Assembly (NCBI RefSeq): GCF_947242115.1
Contig: NC_074722.1
Coordinates: 29,860,340-29,924,339 of the forward strand
DNA: 64,000 nucleotides
Reading direction: 5' to 3'
Origin: Biomphalaria glabrata
Lineage: Eukaryota
Positions 26,491-38,335 of this stretch are shown here, piece after piece; position 1 is the first letter of the stretch, and each line of letters starts with the position of its first letter. The position numbers were made by a program, and so were the translations under genes. The notes below the pieces were generated by a model. The model was not told the DNA's origin. It saw nothing but the letters and a program-made list of their open reading frames with translations, and searched no databases.

Positions 26491-27355
26491 TGTCTTAGTG
26501 TCTATTAGATTGAAACACAGTTCATCCTCAGCTTGGACTTTCCAATGAATGCCATGCACAATTATTATACTCATTAAAACTGATACTCAGTGATACAGAC
26601 TGAGAACATTGAGTTTATATCCCATTGGCCGTTAGCCTTTAAATTTTTATTTGTTTTAGGGATTAATATGGCATATATATACTTATATATATACATAGTG
26701 TTAATGTGCCATAAAAGGAGTTATACAGTTATTCTTGAAACTCCTAATAACACAGCCAACACACACTCACTTGAATGCACTGTCTAACAGAAAGCAGAGC
26801 ATGTTTGTATCTCATAACATGACTGGACATTTTAAAAAAAGGAAAATAAAAAAATACTTTAAAAAAAATCTTATTATTAAGTGTAATTGTATCAATTAGT
26901 TTGGATCAGTCATGCAATTATATGCAGGATTGATCTAGACATAATAAATCTGGTGATCGTTTCTTAAATGCATAAAAAAAAGTCCTAAGTCCTCAAGTGG
27001 ACTAATTCAACTTGTACTACTAATCTGTCAAGTATGATTTCTTTCCCTTGTTCAAGATACCAAACAAAATAATTAATTACCAAAAGTTAATTTATACAAT
27101 TGAGTAAATAACCTTCAAGTGTTGTTCCAGGTCCACACATTTAACAGGCATGTCAAAGGATGCCCCTTTTCTAGTTGCAGAAAACTAACTCCTTGGATTT
27201 GTTTGGCCAGTGCAGGACATTGGTACAACACTATATTTAAAGTTTTTGTTTGTGTATCATGAACAAACTTGCTGGTGTGAATATGTTTTTCCCACCTTTT
27301 TTCAACAATCTTAAAAAAATAAATAAAATATTAGCATTGTAAATGTTCATTGCAG

Positions 27356-27551
27356 GGTCACTTTGGGACCAGAGAAAATGGTGGTTGTTCCTCCACGTCA
27401 CTACTGTGTAATTGAGAACCCAGTTTGCCGTGACAAGGATAACAAAATTATTGTTGATAATTTGGGCCAGATAAAACTACAGCATGCTGATCAAGAAATA
27501 AGATTGACTCAGGATCCCTTCCCACTGTACCCTGGTGAAGTTTTGAAACAG
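27356..27551 (+). CDS. MVP: MVP exon 2 ([66 protein letters not shown]).
   Basis: Acceptor tgcAG|g and donor CAG|GTAATT. Matches human VLFAPMRMVTVPPRHYC…[25 protein letters not shown]. Confidence 0.9.
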
Positions 27552-28837
27552 GTAATTACTGTGCTTCTTTAAGCTGTACAGAATCTAAGATTTTTAAATA
27601 CCTTACTGTTTTCAACTGGGCCAGTTCGATCTTATTTCCAGTTAATATTCCAACATTTGCCATACTAAACTTGAGCATTCTCTGAGCCAATTTAAAAAAA
27701 AATCTTACTGTATATTTTTGGTTTTCATTATCATGAATACTTTCTAAACAAAATTTACAATGGAAACATTAAAATATTTTTCTACTAGCTACGTCGAAAT
27801 TCCCTAACCATAAAATTCATTAATAAATATATATGTTCTATCACGGGAAGTGGATGCAGACCAACAAATTTTAAAATTCCAAACTTAATATTATTATGAA
27901 ATTTCATGCGTGAACTATGCTAGGGTAGGAGTCATGCAGAGTGTACAATGAAATGGTTTCCTGCTTCCAGACTAATCATATGGAAGAATGTTGTGCATTA
28001 TCTTGTGTTCTGGTTGTAAAATATTGCTAGTTAACATAGAACCTTGGCTATGATAGCAGAATGTATGAAATTAAAAACATGCATTTCCTTGTCTTTTGGC
28101 TTACATTCCATATTAGCACATTGTTTGAAAGCGCTGAGCCACACTGTTTAAGCCCTTAGTCATTGGTGCATCATAAATGGAAAAACTATGCACAAATTAT
28201 GTTCTTCTGTCTTCATGCACAAATAAAAACAAACCTAGGCATAATAGAAATATTTTTCTTTCCCTCCCATTGGTCTATGCTATGATTAATATTGTAATGA
28301 CTCTCACTATTCAGACTCCCTGCAAACTGCACCACACAACACTACCAACTCAAAGACAAAACTACCATCTCAAAGAACTTGACAACTCAGGGCACCTAAT
28401 AACGTAACACTTAAATGTCATATAAATTACAGCCAATACTGTACAATGACAGTATGTAAAGCTGACTGTAAAAATGCTTCACATTTGATAACTGTACCAC
28501 CCTATCAACCTTTGTAATGCTGTATCAAGGCCTTCAAGAAAATGCTCGAATATACCTTGATCCTTCTTGATGATCATATCACTAAAGCTGACGTGATTGG
28601 CTTGGGTAGTGTTCACAATAAATATTTCTTGTATAATCACTGCATCGCCACTAATCACTGTTGACTGTCACTGTTTTCCTCTCGCTGGCCTGTGTAATTA
28701 TCAGCTTGCTAAAAACACCACTAATCCCTATCCACGTCACCTCCAGAGTTATAATGATATTAATCCATAACATTGAAAAACTTGCTATTTTCTCACTGAA
28801 TACCTATGTTTAGTCTTGTTTTTTTTTAACTTTTCAG

Positions 28838-28961
28838 CCTGTTACTGCTTTAAAAGTTGTGCCAGCAAACTCAGCTTTAAGGATTCGAGCGATCCTTGAT
28901 TTTGAAGATGAGAATGGGGAAAAGAGAACCGCTGGAGATGAATGGCTGTTTGAAGGACCAG
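28838..28961 (+). CDS. MVP: MVP exon 3 ([41 protein letters not shown], then 1 nt).
   Basis: Acceptor ttttcAG and donor g|GTACAG. Matches human [25 protein letters not shown]. Confidence 0.85.
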
Positions 28962-29993
28962 GTACAGCTGCATATCTAAATTATAGAATGGAGTCAGAGT
29001 TCAATAAGTTGATCAAACCTTGTTTTCGCTCAGGGTCAGAGTTCGTAAACATGCTGATCAAATTGTTGCACATTAACAGCAGCACTAAACTTGGACAAAA
29101 ACAGATAAAATTAGAGAATCTAGAGAGGAAATTCATGAGGACTTTGTATTTTGCAGCTTGTCAAAAGTTTTATAAATGTGATCTCAAATGCTTATTAAAA
29201 GATTTGATTGGCATTGGCCTTGTGACTTGTGGAGCTGTTTGTTTGTCTATTGTGGTAGTAAACAAGGTTTTTTCAGCTGATTTGGACATGACAATTGTCT
29301 TTACAATTGTGATTATGTTATCTGCAGTTTTTTTCTTTGTCATATTTATGTTGAGGCTGCTGTGCAGATTACTAAGATTAATGCTAATAAGCAGGTATAA
29401 AAATGTAAGGCGAAAGATGCAGTTATTACCAGGTAAAATTCAGGTTCCTGTAGTTATTTGGAAATGTTAAAATATTTTTTTATTTATAACTAAATCACAG
29501 TATAGCTTCTAAGAGTTTAGAATAAAGTTAAATTTTTTTCTAAGCTATAAATAAAAATGTAAAAAAAAACCAAAAAAACACATGCATATCTTTCTGAAGT
29601 TACAAGTATAGTAATTGTAATTTTCTTTTTGACATTAAAGTTAGATGTAAGGCATTTATTTAAAATATATTTATTACTTGTATATAATTTAATTTTAAAA
29701 AAATGAAAAGAACGCAAAAAATTAATTTTAAGAAAGGTCTATGAATTTTTATTAAAAACAAAACTCCTGGAGTAATGTTTACTTTACATTTTAGCAATTT
29801 TTAAATTAGTTAAAATATAAAAAAAAGATTTTAAAATGCCTGTTATCATAAAAAAATATATGGCTAAGCTTTTTGTGAACATAAAATAAATTTGTAAAAA
29901 AGATTTCCCATTATTTTTTACGTTGCCTAAGAATATATGTTATCTTTAAGGAAATTACTAAAAACTTAACCAAATGTGTATTGTTTGTTACAG

Positions 29994-30220
29994 GTACATA
30001 TATTCCTCGCAAAGAATGTGTTGTAGAGGAAACCATTCGGGCAACTGTGATTGGTCCCAATCAAGCCATTCGTCTACGGGCTCGCAAGGAATGCACAGAC
30101 AGGGACAGCAATGATAGAGTAACAGGTGAAGAGTGGCTGGTAAAAAAGACTGGCGCCTACTTGCCTGGTGCCTATGAGGAAGTTGTGGATGTTGTGAATG
30201 CCTATGTCCTGACTGAGAAG
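29994..30220 (+). CDS. MVP: MVP exon 4 ([76 protein letters not shown]).
   Basis: Acceptor gttacAG and donor AAG|GTGAGC. Matches human [50 protein letters not shown]. Confidence 0.9.
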
Positions 30221-31208
30221 GTGAGCATTTGTAGTTCTGTTTTACTTTATCAGCTTACATGTTTCTTCGTGTCTTTTAAATTTGTTCTCTCAACATTAGA
30301 TTTTAATGTCAGATTTTGTAGCACAGGTAAGCTTCAAATTATCTTCTAGTTTTTTTTTTCTTCTGTTGCTACTATTAATAGAACACTATTTGGAATGATC
30401 TTTTCTATTTGTCTTGTGCAAGTTTTTATTGCAGGAAGAAAGTAATGCTCTCCTTTTATCTACAAATTAATAGTGCAGTTTTAGTCAAAGGCACTTGGTG
30501 TTGTGAATAGTATTGATAGTTTTGTCAACGGACTGCCTAACCATTTTAACTTACATTCCTCAGATCAGATAGTTGGAAGCTAATTGAACCTTAGGTGTTT
30601 AGTCCAGTTTATTAGCTCCCACTCTAGTATCATCTAGACTTGATTCTTGTATATTGGAGTCGTACTGAATTTTCAGTCCAATGAAAATTTTTTTTTAAAT
30701 ATGAATGTCTGAAAAATCTATTTTCATTCCAAATGGACACACATTGAAGTACAGACTAGACACAAAAGTTGGCAAAAAAGAGGGGGGGGGGGTGTCCCTC
30801 CATACTTTAACTCTTTCTCTCCGTAATTATTTACCACATTCTGGTGGAATCAACATTGGTATCGTCTGTTAAGAGACAAAGAGTTAAGGTTCTCAATATT
30901 AATTGTTGTAAAAACTGGGATTTGTAATGCTCAACATTTCAAGGATATGCCTATTTAAAAGGTCATGGCATTTGAGGGCGCAAGAAACTTGGTAATTTGT
31001 TAGCTGTATGAAACCATTATTAGCCATTTGTTTTAAGAAAAAGGTAAACATATCTGCCTCATGTGTAAATAACTCCATATAATATGAAAAATTTCCTTTT
31101 TTGTTTTAAAAGATGAAAAGAAATAATTTAATGGTTTTCAGTTTCATTTTTAAATATTTGTTCTGTTCTTAAATTTGTTAGTGCATCATTTTATGCTTTT
31201 GATTTCAG

Positions 31209-31334
31209 AAAGCTCTACACATGAGAGCTCTGAGGACATTTAAAGATGATTTTGGAGTTGTGAGGAAAAATGGTGAGGAGTGGTTGATCACAATGAAGGA
31301 TACAGAAACACACATTCCAAATGTGTATGAAGAG
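31209..31334 (+). CDS. MVP: MVP exon 5 ([42 protein letters not shown]).
   Basis: Acceptor gatttcAG and donor GAG|GTAAAT. Matches human [42 protein letters not shown]. Confidence 0.9.
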
Positions 31335-31855
31335 GTAAATGATTGGACTAGAGCAGCAGAACTTGTCTATTATTAGTGTGGCAGTTGTAGAATATTTCAA
31401 ATAACTGACTTAGACTTAGGTCCTCCCGTGCCTTTCGGAGCATTGGGCGGCAAGCTGTCTCCATAAAGATCTGGCTGTCTCCATAAAGATCTGTCACTGG
31501 CAATGTCTGAAGCCTCCTCCCACCTGGCGTTCACTGTTCTGAGGTCCTTTATGAAGGTGTGACGCCAAGTTTTACGAGGATGTCCCTGTTTGCGCTTTCT
31601 TCATATAGGCCTCCATGTTGCAATGACATGGAGTTGCATTGACATGGAGGCCTATTTCAAACTCTTTTGATATTTTATTTTTGATAGAAACATTAGTGAA
31701 GAAAAAAAGCTAAAATTTTAAACTTCTAAATTGTCAAGTGTTCAAGGGACACAAACTAGAATTTATAGCTATAAGGACATTCATTTTGTGTTTTAAACAA
31801 ACATTTGAAAAGGTTTCATACAAAATAAAAATGTTGACACTATCTTGTTTATCAG

Positions 31856-31966
31856 GTGGTTGGCGTTGTGAACATCACCACTTTGAACAATCGTCAGTAT
31901 TGTGTGATCTTGGATCCTGTAGATGTCCATGGAAAGCCACAGTTGGGACAGAAAAAGTTGGTTAAG
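31856..31966 (+). CDS. MVP: MVP exon 6 ([37 protein letters not shown]).
   Basis: Acceptor tttatcAG and donor AAG|GTAAGA. Matches human [37 protein letters not shown]. Confidence 0.9.
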
Positions 31967-32121
31967 GTAAGATTTCACATGCATTGTCTGCCAAGTTACC
32001 TAAATATAAGCATTACTTTGTGATTGGACACTTTTAATGGCTTAATAGAAGACTATTATTAATCTCAATTTTATTACTTTATTAACTTTGTTTAAAAATT
32101 ATCATGTTTTTTTGTTTTCAG

Positions 32122-32241
32122 GGTGAAAGATCTTTCTTTTTGATGCCTGGTGAGAAACTAGAAAAGGGAATCCAGAATGTTTACATTATGGGAGAAGATG
32201 AAGGTTTAATTCTCAGAGCAAATGAAACATTTACTGATGGG
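32122..32241 (+). CDS. MVP: MVP exon 7 ([40 protein letters not shown]).
   Basis: Acceptor ttgttttcAG and donor GGG|GTAAAT. Matches human [33 protein letters not shown]. Confidence 0.9.
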
Positions 32242-32841
32242 GTAAATACTTAGTTATATAATAGCTTGCTTTCAATGCCATTCATATCATTGTTTAAGTG
32301 TGTGAAGTGTACATAAATGGTTTAATTACAGTACAGCTTCAGCATATTAGAGATGCAATGCAATAGTCAGTTCTCAATCTATTCAAGTCAGTTCTCAATC
32401 TATTCATACTTGTTACTCTATTTTCTTTTACCTATGACTCTACTTTTGTAATGTACGGACATGAAATTTAATATTTTTAAAGTGTTTATTTTGTCAAGCA
32501 ATCATGGTCTAATTATAGTTTTTGTTAGTGAGTGAATGAAGTTGATTTTTAGATCATAGCTTTTTATTTAACATCTCCAACCAATACATTCAAGGGATTA
32601 AAATAGTTCTACTTTGTTTTGCAAACATGGTTTAATAAACTTGCCCTACTTTTATTTACACATAATACAGAGATGTTTGTATTTATTTCACAACACATCC
32701 ATAATAGTAGCCTGTTGATCTATTAACTTTCCTCTGTCCTGATGTTCCTGTTTGTCCTAGTGATATTATCTATGTAACTTCAATATTTAGTAACAATCAC
32801 TATCTTACAATACATGTTTTTTTATGATCTATTCTATCCAG

Positions 32842-32991
32842 GATACTATTAGGTCACCTGGTGACAGATGGATGATTCGTGGTCCTAAAGAGTATGTCCC
32901 TCCAGTGGAGGTTGAAGTAGTCCTGAAGAGACAGGCCATTCCGTTAGATGAAAATGAAGGCATATATGTCAGAGACATCAAAACTGGCAAG
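32842..32991 (+). CDS. MVP: MVP exon 8 ([50 protein letters not shown]).
   Basis: Acceptor tctatccAG and donor AAG|GTGAGC. Matches human [44 protein letters not shown]. Confidence 0.9.
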
Positions 32992-33589
32992 GTGAGCCAT
33001 TTTCTTTTCAAGCATATGTTACTCAGATTTTCATTACATTCAATAAGGGACAAAAAAACAAGCCAAAAAAAAAGTCACTTTAGATAAATGTGGTTTGTAT
33101 TTTTTGGAATTCTACACAACTAAAATTATCAATATTTGATAAGAAACATAAGCAGATGGGACAATTTCAATTTTTTAAAGTGCCATTTTCAGCTGTTCTT
33201 CCAAAAAGTACAGCTTAAGTATTAATTTTAAAAGAATATTCCTTTTAAATTATACTTTTTGTACATATCCCTCAAGATTTTATGCCCTATTTGAACAATT
33301 GATGTATACACATTTGTAACCAATTTCGATATCAAAATAATCATAAAATGGATATCTGTAATATCTACCATATCTGCATCTGTTTTTGATTGCTCAATAT
33401 CATTCCTTGTGCTTGATAAAAACAGGTCACAAGTTGAACATTGATAAAATTCCATTGGGTCAGTATGTTGAACTCTTGATTTCAGCGGCCAACCAGTTTA
33501 TGACTCATTCACTTAGAAATTTCATCGCTCATTTGAATTTGACTACAAAAAAGTTTTTCTTATTAAAAAAATGAATGTTTAAAAAGTGT

Positions 33590-33935
33590 AACAATTAGTA
33601 TATATTATAATAGTTTGTCCATCGTGGTTCAATGACCACTTTTGTCATCCAGGAGGCTGAGGGCTTTGCACTGGGGTTTTGTGCCGCCTCATGTGGCTGG
33701 TGAGACCTATGTGAGCCTGTAATGTTTGGCTGCACACTGGGCAGTTTAGTCCTGCTGGAGCTAGTGTCATTTGCCTTGCTTTTCTTCTCTGGCACTTTCC
33801 TTCTGCCAGCGCTGTTCTCTTTTCCTCACTAACCTGTGCGCCAGTTTTCACAGCGTGACTCCATGATGCTCTGTCATGTGCCTCTGTCTCCCAGGTGGCT
33901 GGGTCTATGCTGAACGCCTTCAGTAACAATTAGTA
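33590..33935 (-). mobile_element. CR1/L2-like LINE 3' end (ORF2 C-terminus with zinc finger, plus tail) in MVP intron 8.
   Basis: - strand translation …IDPATWETEAHDRASWSHAV… and …CPVCSQTLQAHIGLTSHMRRHKTP…SWMTKVVIEPRW*. A second copy on the + strand at 55081-55240 shares CPVCSQTFWAHTGLTSFMKRHKTPVQPQPPWMTKVFIIEPR*. Confidence 0.6.
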
Positions 33936-33973
33936 TCATCTTTTTAAAAGCTGTTAACATGCTCTACTTAAAG

Positions 33974-34203
33974 GTCAGGGCCATTCAAGGAGAAACATAT
34001 ATGATTAATCAAGATGAAGAGCTCTGGGCTAAAGAATTGCCACCAACAGTTGAAGCCCTGCTCTCCATAGATCCTGTAGCTGATAGAAGTGAAAGAAAAA
34101 GTGAAGGAAGCCCAAAAGTTCGTGACAAAACAAGAGTAGTTTCATACAGAGTACCCCACAATGCAGCAGTTCAAATTTATGACTACAAAGAAAAGAAAGC
34201 CAG
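33974..34203 (+). CDS. MVP: MVP exon 9 ([76 protein letters not shown], then 2 nt).
   Basis: Acceptor tacttaaAG and donor AG|GTAAGC. Matches human [30 protein letters not shown]…[26 protein letters not shown]. Confidence 0.85.
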
Positions 34204-34785
34204 GTAAGCTGAATGTTGTCTAGTGAAAATTCACTTGGCTGTTGTTTTGTCTATGCTGTATGATCAGGAGTGAACTTGTCATAGAGCTGTGAATGTCAGA
34301 GTTCCTTGTAACATGTTTGTGGCACATGCTTGCCAGAAAGATGAAAATGAGACTTTTTCCAGAGTTCCCCAAAAAGAACAGTGTCACAAATTAATTCTTG
34401 CGGTTCAGCTAATAATTTCTACACAAGTGTACAAAATGTTCCTGAATGTCTTTTTTAACTTTCTACTGAATATATGCAGGAATTTCCACTTACCTATGTT
34501 GAAGATATAGATCTCTAGACCAAATTTAATTTTAAGATGATAATTTTAAAAAATTATAATGATCTTACCAGCGCTTTCCCAATTAGCTAATATTTTTTCC
34601 CAAAGATATACATTAACAGTTCAATTTCTAGGGAAAAAGTCATTTTTGAGATCCTCATTCTTCCACTCACCTTGCACCCATGAAGAATACACAAGCCAAT
34701 TAGAGGAATTCTAATTAGTCTATATTTTGTGTGTTTATCAGATTAATTAATAAAATCTTTTTTATTTTCCCCTTTCCTTTTGCAG

Positions 34786-34983
34786 AGTTATTTTTGGACC
34801 AGAATTAGTTATGCTTGGTCCTGATGAACAGTTTACTCAACTCAGTTTGTCTGGTGGCAAACCCAAGAAACCCAATGTGATCAAATCTTTGTGCCTTTTG
34901 CTGGGGCCAGACTTTTGTACTGATATTATTGTAGTGGAGACAGCTGACCATGCCAGATTGTCACTTCAACTTTCTTATAATTG
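34786..34983 (+). CDS. MVP: MVP exon 10 ([66 protein letters not shown], then 2 nt).
   Basis: Acceptor ttttgcAG and donor tg|GTATGA. Matches human [29 protein letters not shown]…[33 protein letters not shown]. Confidence 0.9.
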
Positions 34984-35106
34984 GTATGAAATATTGAAAT
35001 CAGTATTAATCAGTTATTTAAGTACTTGAAAAAAAACTAATTTTTAATCAATTTTTTTCCTTCATATTATGGAGCATATTTTGACACAAAACCTAATTCT
35101 ATGTAG

Positions 35107-35248
35107 GCATTTTGAATGCGGTGACAGATCACCAACAGAAGCAGCTAAGTTGTTCAGTGTCCCAGACTTCACTGGAGATTCATGTAAAGCCATTGCTTCT
35201 AGAGTGCGAGGTGCAGTAGCTCAGGTTCAGTTTGATGATTTTCACAAA
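35107..35248 (+). CDS. MVP: MVP exon 11 ([48 protein letters not shown]).
   Basis: Acceptor tctatgtAG and donor AAA|GTGAGT. Matches human [49 protein letters not shown]. Confidence 0.9.
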
Positions 35249-36009
35249 GTGAGTTTTATTTGCTTGGTCAATTGATAGACATTTAAAAAATTACATTAGC
35301 TATTTGGTTAACAACTGAAATGAAAGTATTATAAAATTCTATTTGCTTTTTTAAAATTAAAATGTTGAAATCAAATAAATAATAAAAGGGACTTGTAGCA
35401 ATAATATATGTTTATTATCCTTAAGGGATTTGTCATACAGTAGTTCAACACACAGATCAAAATGTTAAATGAGTTGTACACTCATACTATAGTTTACTCA
35501 AACTTGGCACATGATTTTTACATCAGTAACATGAAATCAAGAAAATCCACACAATGATATTACTGTTGCAGATTTTAAATTATATAGTTTATTGTAAATA
35601 GTTTCTTGCCATGACTGTCTGGATACTGCTGTGACTATTGCTAACCTAAGCACCAAAAGAACTTGTTATTGTCATACACTTGACTTCATCACAACAATAA
35701 TAATAAGGATGCATATCCATTTGTGACCTGCATATTTTGCCACATCTGATGCAAAGTTGTAGACTGACATTTGTCTATACAAGTTATTTTCATTGTGCTT
35801 GGAATACACACAAAAAAAATGCAGTTAACTATTATGAACTTCTGGTCACTCATATATTCTGACTTAACCTATTCACATAAAATTGGAAAATACTTCACCA
35901 GTGAAAGTTACATTTTGGACATTTTTTTTATAGTGAAGGATTTTGGGTGATGATAAATAACACTTGCAATTATATCAAGTTACTATATCATTAATTGTTT
36001 GATTTAAAG

Positions 36010-36221
36010 AATTCAGCCAAGATTATCAGAGCTTCTGTTTTTGGCCTGGATGCCAATGGTAAAGTGAAAGATAAATTCCACTTCCCTCAAAACAATTTGG
36101 TCATTACCAGCATAGACATCCAGTCTGTGGAGCCAGTAGATCAGAGAACAAGGGATGCTTTACAGAAGTCTGTACAGCTGGCTATTGAGATTACCACCAA
36201 CTCACAGGAAGCTGCTGCAAG
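36010..36221 (+). CDS. MVP: MVP exon 12 ([70 protein letters not shown], then 2 nt).
   Basis: Acceptor gatttaaAG and donor AG|GTACAT. Matches human NSARIIRTAVFGF…[48 protein letters not shown]. Confidence 0.9.
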
Positions 36222-36838
36222 GTACATGAATGTTTCCAACATTTTGTTTTTCTTTGTGTATGCTGCCAGGTATTTTGAAGTCCATGTTTAATGTTTAGAA
36301 ATGTTTAAAATTCTGACCTTTATTTTAGATTTCATGTTAGCCAAAACTAAAATGAAACTAAACTGAAATTGAGTTCATGTAATTCTTAATAGTTGATGTA
36401 GTGATGACTCTATTCTAGAAGCTATGTGACATGCTTGTTGGGCCCCACCCTCATACCATTTGTTTAGATCCCCTTCATCCTTGATGCTATAGGTGGCCAT
36501 TTTGGTCTTAATAGTAGACCATATCAGATTTGTATTAACACTATTACCTTTAGGCGTGCTAACTTGGAAAACATTTAGTTCAAATTTATATTGCATAAAA
36601 CGAAATATATTAAACAGTTTTTTTTGTTTTTATGCTTTTCATGATAGAAAAAATGCATGGAATTTAATGTATTGTATCCTGTGTTGTTGCACCTACCTGC
36701 TGACCATATAGTAAAAATGACTAACCACCGTTATTTAAAATTATATTCTAGAAAACAAAAAGTAAATTGTAAAATTGAGTCTCCCTCTCCTCCATTAAAG
36801 TATTACAACTTTGATGTGAATATATTTTTTTGTTTTAG

Positions 36839-37082
36839 ACATGAAGCTGAACGTCTTGAACAGGAAGCTAAAGGCAGACTTGAGCGCCAGAAGATTACTG
36901 ATGAGGCTGAGGCAGAGAAAGCCAGAAAAGAACTATTGGAACTCCAAGCCAACAGTGCTGCTGTGGAGAGCACTGGTCAGGCTAAGGCTGAGGCTCAGAG
37001 TCGTGCCGAAGCTGCCAGAATTGAGGGTGAAGCTGCTGTAGAGCAGGCCAGGTTGAAATCTATGGCTACCAAAATAGAAGCA
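36839..37082 (+). CDS. MVP: MVP exon 13 ([82 protein letters not shown]).
   Basis: Acceptor tgttttAG and donor GCA|GTAAGT. Matches human [65 protein letters not shown]. Confidence 0.9.
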
Positions 37083-37334
37083 GTAAGTTAATAGACATCT
37101 CAAAATAGTTTGAAAAATAATATTAATCAATTTAAAACTGTTAGCAGTTTGGAATAATGAAATTTCAAAACATGGCTTGTTAAATTTTAGATGATTATTT
37201 TTTGTATTCTATTTAATCATTTTGGAATAACAGTATCATTTTCTTAAGAAGTTACTACAGTATATAATTATATAGGCCACATAATGTATTGGTATTTTAG
37301 TTTAAATAACTTTCACAAAACCATTGAACACCAG

Positions 37335-37523
37335 GAGTCAGAATTGGAGCGCTTAACTCGAGCCAGAGAAGCAGAACTGAAGTATGTTTCTGAACAAAAC
37401 AAGATGGAGCTGGAGAAAGTCAATGAAATGTCCACTATTGAAATCACGAAGTTCAAAGAGATGGTCGGTGCCATTGGTGCAAATACTTTGCTTGCTATGG
37501 CCACTGCTGGACCTGACATGCAG
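37335..37523 (+). CDS. MVP: MVP exon 14 (ESELERLTRAREAELKYVSEQNKMELEKVNEMSTIEITKFKEMVGAIGANTLLAMATAGPDMQ).
   Basis: Acceptor aacaccAG (weak pyrimidine tract; the only in-phase option) and donor CAG|GTTGGT. Matches human …[27 protein letters not shown]. Confidence 0.8.
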
Positions 37524-38185
37524 GTTGGTACATTTATTTTTACAGCATGCTCAACTTGTACAAAATGCTTGAAATTAAAATTACTCCATAGTCTTCTTAA
37601 ATTGTTGCAGCCTTTTCAGTTTAATTTTTTTTTTAGTCATTCTTATCTTATTATTATCTTTTTCCTCTGCTTTTTATTTCTGATACATTGATCAATAAAT
37701 TATCTTGTAAGTCTTCAAAACAAACAATTCTGGTCAGTTATTGCAAGTCTTAACTGCACTAGATCGCCATACTGATTAGTCAGTAATTTTTAAAATGGCA
37801 CCATGCATGTTTATATTTTTGATACTGTCTAATAAAAAGCAAAAAAATGGTCAGAATGTCAAGTCATAATTAAACTAGATTTAGCCATTGCGTGTGTCTG
37901 CCCCCATGTGTTTACATTTACCTTAAAAATTTCTAAAAATTCACTTTGAACATAAAACCAAATGTAATCAAGTTTAAGTTTACAATAAGACTAAAATTGA
38001 TTGATAAGATAATTGATTTTGAGTCAGAATTTTTTAAGAAGAGCTCAATTAATAAGGATATTAGAACTAGAGCTAGTTAGAAAGGAAGGGGGGAGATGTG
38101 GCCCTTAGGCTTTGGAAAAATGAGTTTTAGTTGGTTATTGAAAAAGATGATTCTAGATGATTGAAAACTTGTTTCGCTTTACCAG

Positions 38186-38335
38186 GTTCGTATGCTTCAA
38201 GCTCTTGGCCTGAAGTCAACTCTGATTACGGATGGTTCTTCTCCCATCAACCTTTTCAATACAGCCTCAGGTCTAATAGGAGGACTCGTCCCTGCCAAGC
38301 GTCGACGTGACCCAGACGATGATGACACAGAATAA
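38186..38335 (+). CDS. MVP: MVP exon 15 (terminal) ([49 protein letters not shown]).
   Basis: Acceptor ctttaccAG; stop TAA at 38333-38335. Matches human [32 protein letters not shown]. The summed CDS is 2556 nt = 851 aa, with all splice phases consistent. Confidence 0.9.
   Translation, partial: VRMLQALGLKSTLITDGSSPINLFNTASGLIGGLVPAKRRRDPDDDDTE

Noticed and set aside
28859-29470. 203-aa + strand ORF
   Set aside because: It is MVP exon 3 (first 41 codons) read through the GT donor into intron 3. Homology to MVP stops exactly at the donor.
36657-37091. 144-aa + strand ORF
   Set aside because: It contains MVP exon 13 fused to upstream intronic sequence. Only 36839-37082 is coding.
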